Below, piece by piece: positions 18,859 to 20,398 of a stretch of DNA of 20,398 nt. Source of the stretch: Chthonomonadales bacterium (lineage in GTDB: Bacteria; Armatimonadota; Chthonomonadetes; Chthonomonadales; Chthonomonadaceae); assembly GCA_038217285.1 (NCBI GenBank), contig JBBQPO010000087.1, positions 1-20,398 of the forward strand. Reading direction: 5' to 3'. The notes under the pieces were generated by a model that had not been told where the DNA came from, did no database searches, and saw nothing but the letters and a program-made list of their open reading frames with translations. Position numbers and translations under genes: made by a program. Positions within the stretch are counted from its first letter, which is position 1. Each line of letters opens with the position of its first letter.

Positions 18859-19607
18859 ATAAGCAAGTTACAGAACAAAGTTGCCGTCGTTACGGGCGCA
18901 TCGAAGGGAATTGGGGCCGGGATCGCCATCGCGCTCGCGGCGGAAGGCGTATCGGTCGTCGTCAACTATGCGTCCAGTTGCGAAGGCGCTGAGCGCGCGG
19001 TGGCAGAGATCGTCAAGCAGGGCGGTAAAGCCATCGCCGTACAGGCCGACGTTTCGAAGCAGGAGGACATCACCCGCCTCTTCGCAGAGACGCTTCGGGC
19101 GTTCGACAGACTCGATATCCTGGTGAACAACGCCGGCGTCTACGGGTTTGCCCCCCTGGAAAATGTCACCGCCAAGGCTTTCCATAGCATGTTCAACCTG
19201 AACGTGCTGGGCCTGCTCCTGACGACCCAGGAAGCCGTGAAGCAGTTCGGTCCGGAGGGCGGCAACGTCATCAACATCAGTTCCGCAGCAAGTACACTGG
19301 CGCCTCCAACCGCTTCCGTCTATGCGGCGACCAAGGCGGCAGTCGATACGATCACGCGATCGTTGGCCAAAGAGTTGGGAGCGCGGAACATCCGTGTCAA
19401 CGCAATCAATCCGGGAATGATTGAGACGGAAGGCGTCCACACGGCGGGATTTATTGGGAGCGATTTCCAGAAGGGTCTCGTAGCGCAGATCCCGCTCGGA
19501 CGCTCGGACAGACGGACGACATCTCCCCGACCGCCGTCTATCTCGCCTCCTCCGACTCTAAATACGTGACCGGTGAGACCCTGTTTGTCTCCGGCGGTAT
19601 CCGCTGA
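18859..19607 (+). pseudogene. SDR-family oxidoreductase (FabG/glucose-1-dehydrogenase-like), start codon lost and frameshifted
   Basis: GAGGAG RBS, then ATA-AGC-AAG (SKLQNKVAVVTGASKGIG), NNAG and YAATK. A 1-nt deletion near 19503 shifts the C-terminus GQTDDISPTAVYLASSDSKYVTGETLFVSGGIR* out of frame. Confidence 0.85.
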
Positions 19608-19626
19608 CAGCCACACGACGCTCATA

Positions 19627-19664
19627 CAGAACGCTCCACCTCTCGATTGAGGTGGAGCGTTCTG
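19627..19664. terminator. Perfect 16-bp hairpin between convergent genes
   Basis: CAGAACGCTCCACCTC-TCGATT-GAGGTGGAGCGTTCTG. Confidence 0.8.
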
Positions 19665-19693
19665 CACTCAAACCTGAAAAACAGGTTAGAAGG

Positions 19694-20137
19694 CTACGGC
19701 TCCTCTCCGAAATCGAAATTGGGTACGAAATCGTCTGCCTCTTGCCAACTCCCGAACACGATTCGCTCTATGCGTTCTATTTCAGTGGCCAGGGGATTGT
19801 AACCAAGAGCCTGCCAGACAGCCTGCATTGCGGCTGCGCCAACGATGGTTGGGTTGGTATCAGTTGACATGCCTGCAATTCGAATGATACGCACACAGAA
19901 CTGTTCCTGTCCAGTTTCCTTCAAAGCGTGCCGCACGCCTGCCTCCGCTCCTTGCTTCCAATCAGTATATTCCATAGCCGTTGCTTCTTCGACATCACCC
20001 TGCGAAGATCCAGGTTGGCCGCCGCACTCCACAAGCACATGCGGCCCAGTTTGATCAGACTGGACATATACGGTAACACGAGCCGCATAAGGCAATCCCT
20101 GATATTGACGGAGAAATTTACCTTCAACCTGGACCAT
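19694..20137 (-). CDS. Hypothetical 147-aa protein resembling stand-alone EF-G domain IV (ribosomal S5 domain 2-like fold)
   Basis: ATG 20137 after AGGA. VEGKFLRQ...YAARVTV...GAEAGVRHAL...VRIIRIAG..TDTNPTIVGAAAMQAVWQAL parallels the EF-G domain IV pattern EGKFVRQ...YGHV...KGI.EA...VKVTL..G..H.VDS....F..A...A. Confidence 0.6.
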   Translation of the reverse strand: MVQVEGKFLRQYQGLPYAARVTVYVQSDQTGPHVLVECGGQPGSSQGDVEEATAMEYTDWKQGAEAGVRHALKETGQEQFCVRIIRIAGMSTDTNPTIVGAAAMQAVWQALGYNPLATEIERIERIVFGSWQEADDFVPNFDFGEEP

Positions 20138-20154
20138 CGGGACTGTTCCTATTC

Positions 20155-20265
20155 CTATAACAGCACATGGAAGCCCGCCTGCCGAAAATGATCGTCCGTA
20201 GTCAAAACCGCAGAAATACCGCGCATCTGCATGACAGTGAACGAGAGACAGTCGACGAGGCCCCA
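20155..20265 (-). pseudogene. vapC: C-terminal fragment of a PIN-domain (VapC) toxin
   Basis: Manual translation WGLVDCLSFTVMQMRGISAVLTTDDHFRQAGFHVLL* is a typical PIN C-terminus. Upstream the frame becomes AT-rich and meets TAA at 20280-20278. Confidence 0.8.
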
Positions 20266-20398
20266 AAAATTGTAGCTTTAAGAAAATAAGTTTTTTGATT
20301 CCATTAAAAAATAAAGCAAAAGCGCGGACAAATAAAAGGGCCACGTCGACTTTAAATCGTTAAAATTCAATCAGAAGACCGGTAATTATGAGGGTTTT
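20266..20398. other. AT-rich foreign segment interrupting vapC (mobile element end or assembly junction)
   Basis: About 31% GC (41/133 counted) against a GC-rich window, with an abrupt boundary inside a coding sequence. It runs to the window end. Confidence 0.5.

Noticed and set aside
20138-20344. N-terminal extension of the 216-aa track ORF 19694..20344
   Set aside because: It crosses the vapC fragment in another frame and the AT-rich insert. The start at 20137 has an RBS.
20250-20398. CRISPR leader (AT-rich with GTCGAC inverted repeats)
   Set aside because: No repeat-spacer array or cas genes are visible, and the left GTCGAC arm is vapC coding sequence.

Overview
High-GC bacterial chromosomal window, probably from Armatimonadota (inferred from the PEP-CTERM protein and the '[11 protein letters not shown]' sigma region 1.2; unconfirmed). 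In order, it contains: a 3'-truncated SARP/BTAD + STAND-ATPase regulator (missed by the ORF track), divergent from a PEP-CTERM protein and a secreted HAF-repeat/tandem Ig-like protein; gpsA-rhodanese-Rieske ferredoxin; a Gfo/Idh/MocA oxidoreductase; an orphan beta-class DNA methyltransferase preceded by what looks like the collapsed remnant of its restriction endonuclease gene; a DinB-family protein; a 1012-aa secreted Cys/His-motif, Sel1 and tandem discoidin-like protein; dnaG (with a Gly/Arg-rich insert)-rpoD; an Uup-like ABC-F; a small cationic two-repeat secreted protein; REP-like hairpin elements; a doubly damaged SDR pseudogene; a stand-alone EF-G domain-IV-like protein; and a VapC/PIN toxin 3' fragment. 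The fragment is cut off by an AT-rich terminal segment that carries a 13/14-nt reverse-complement copy of its own flanking junction. All family calls come from motif recognition by eye; no database searches were run.
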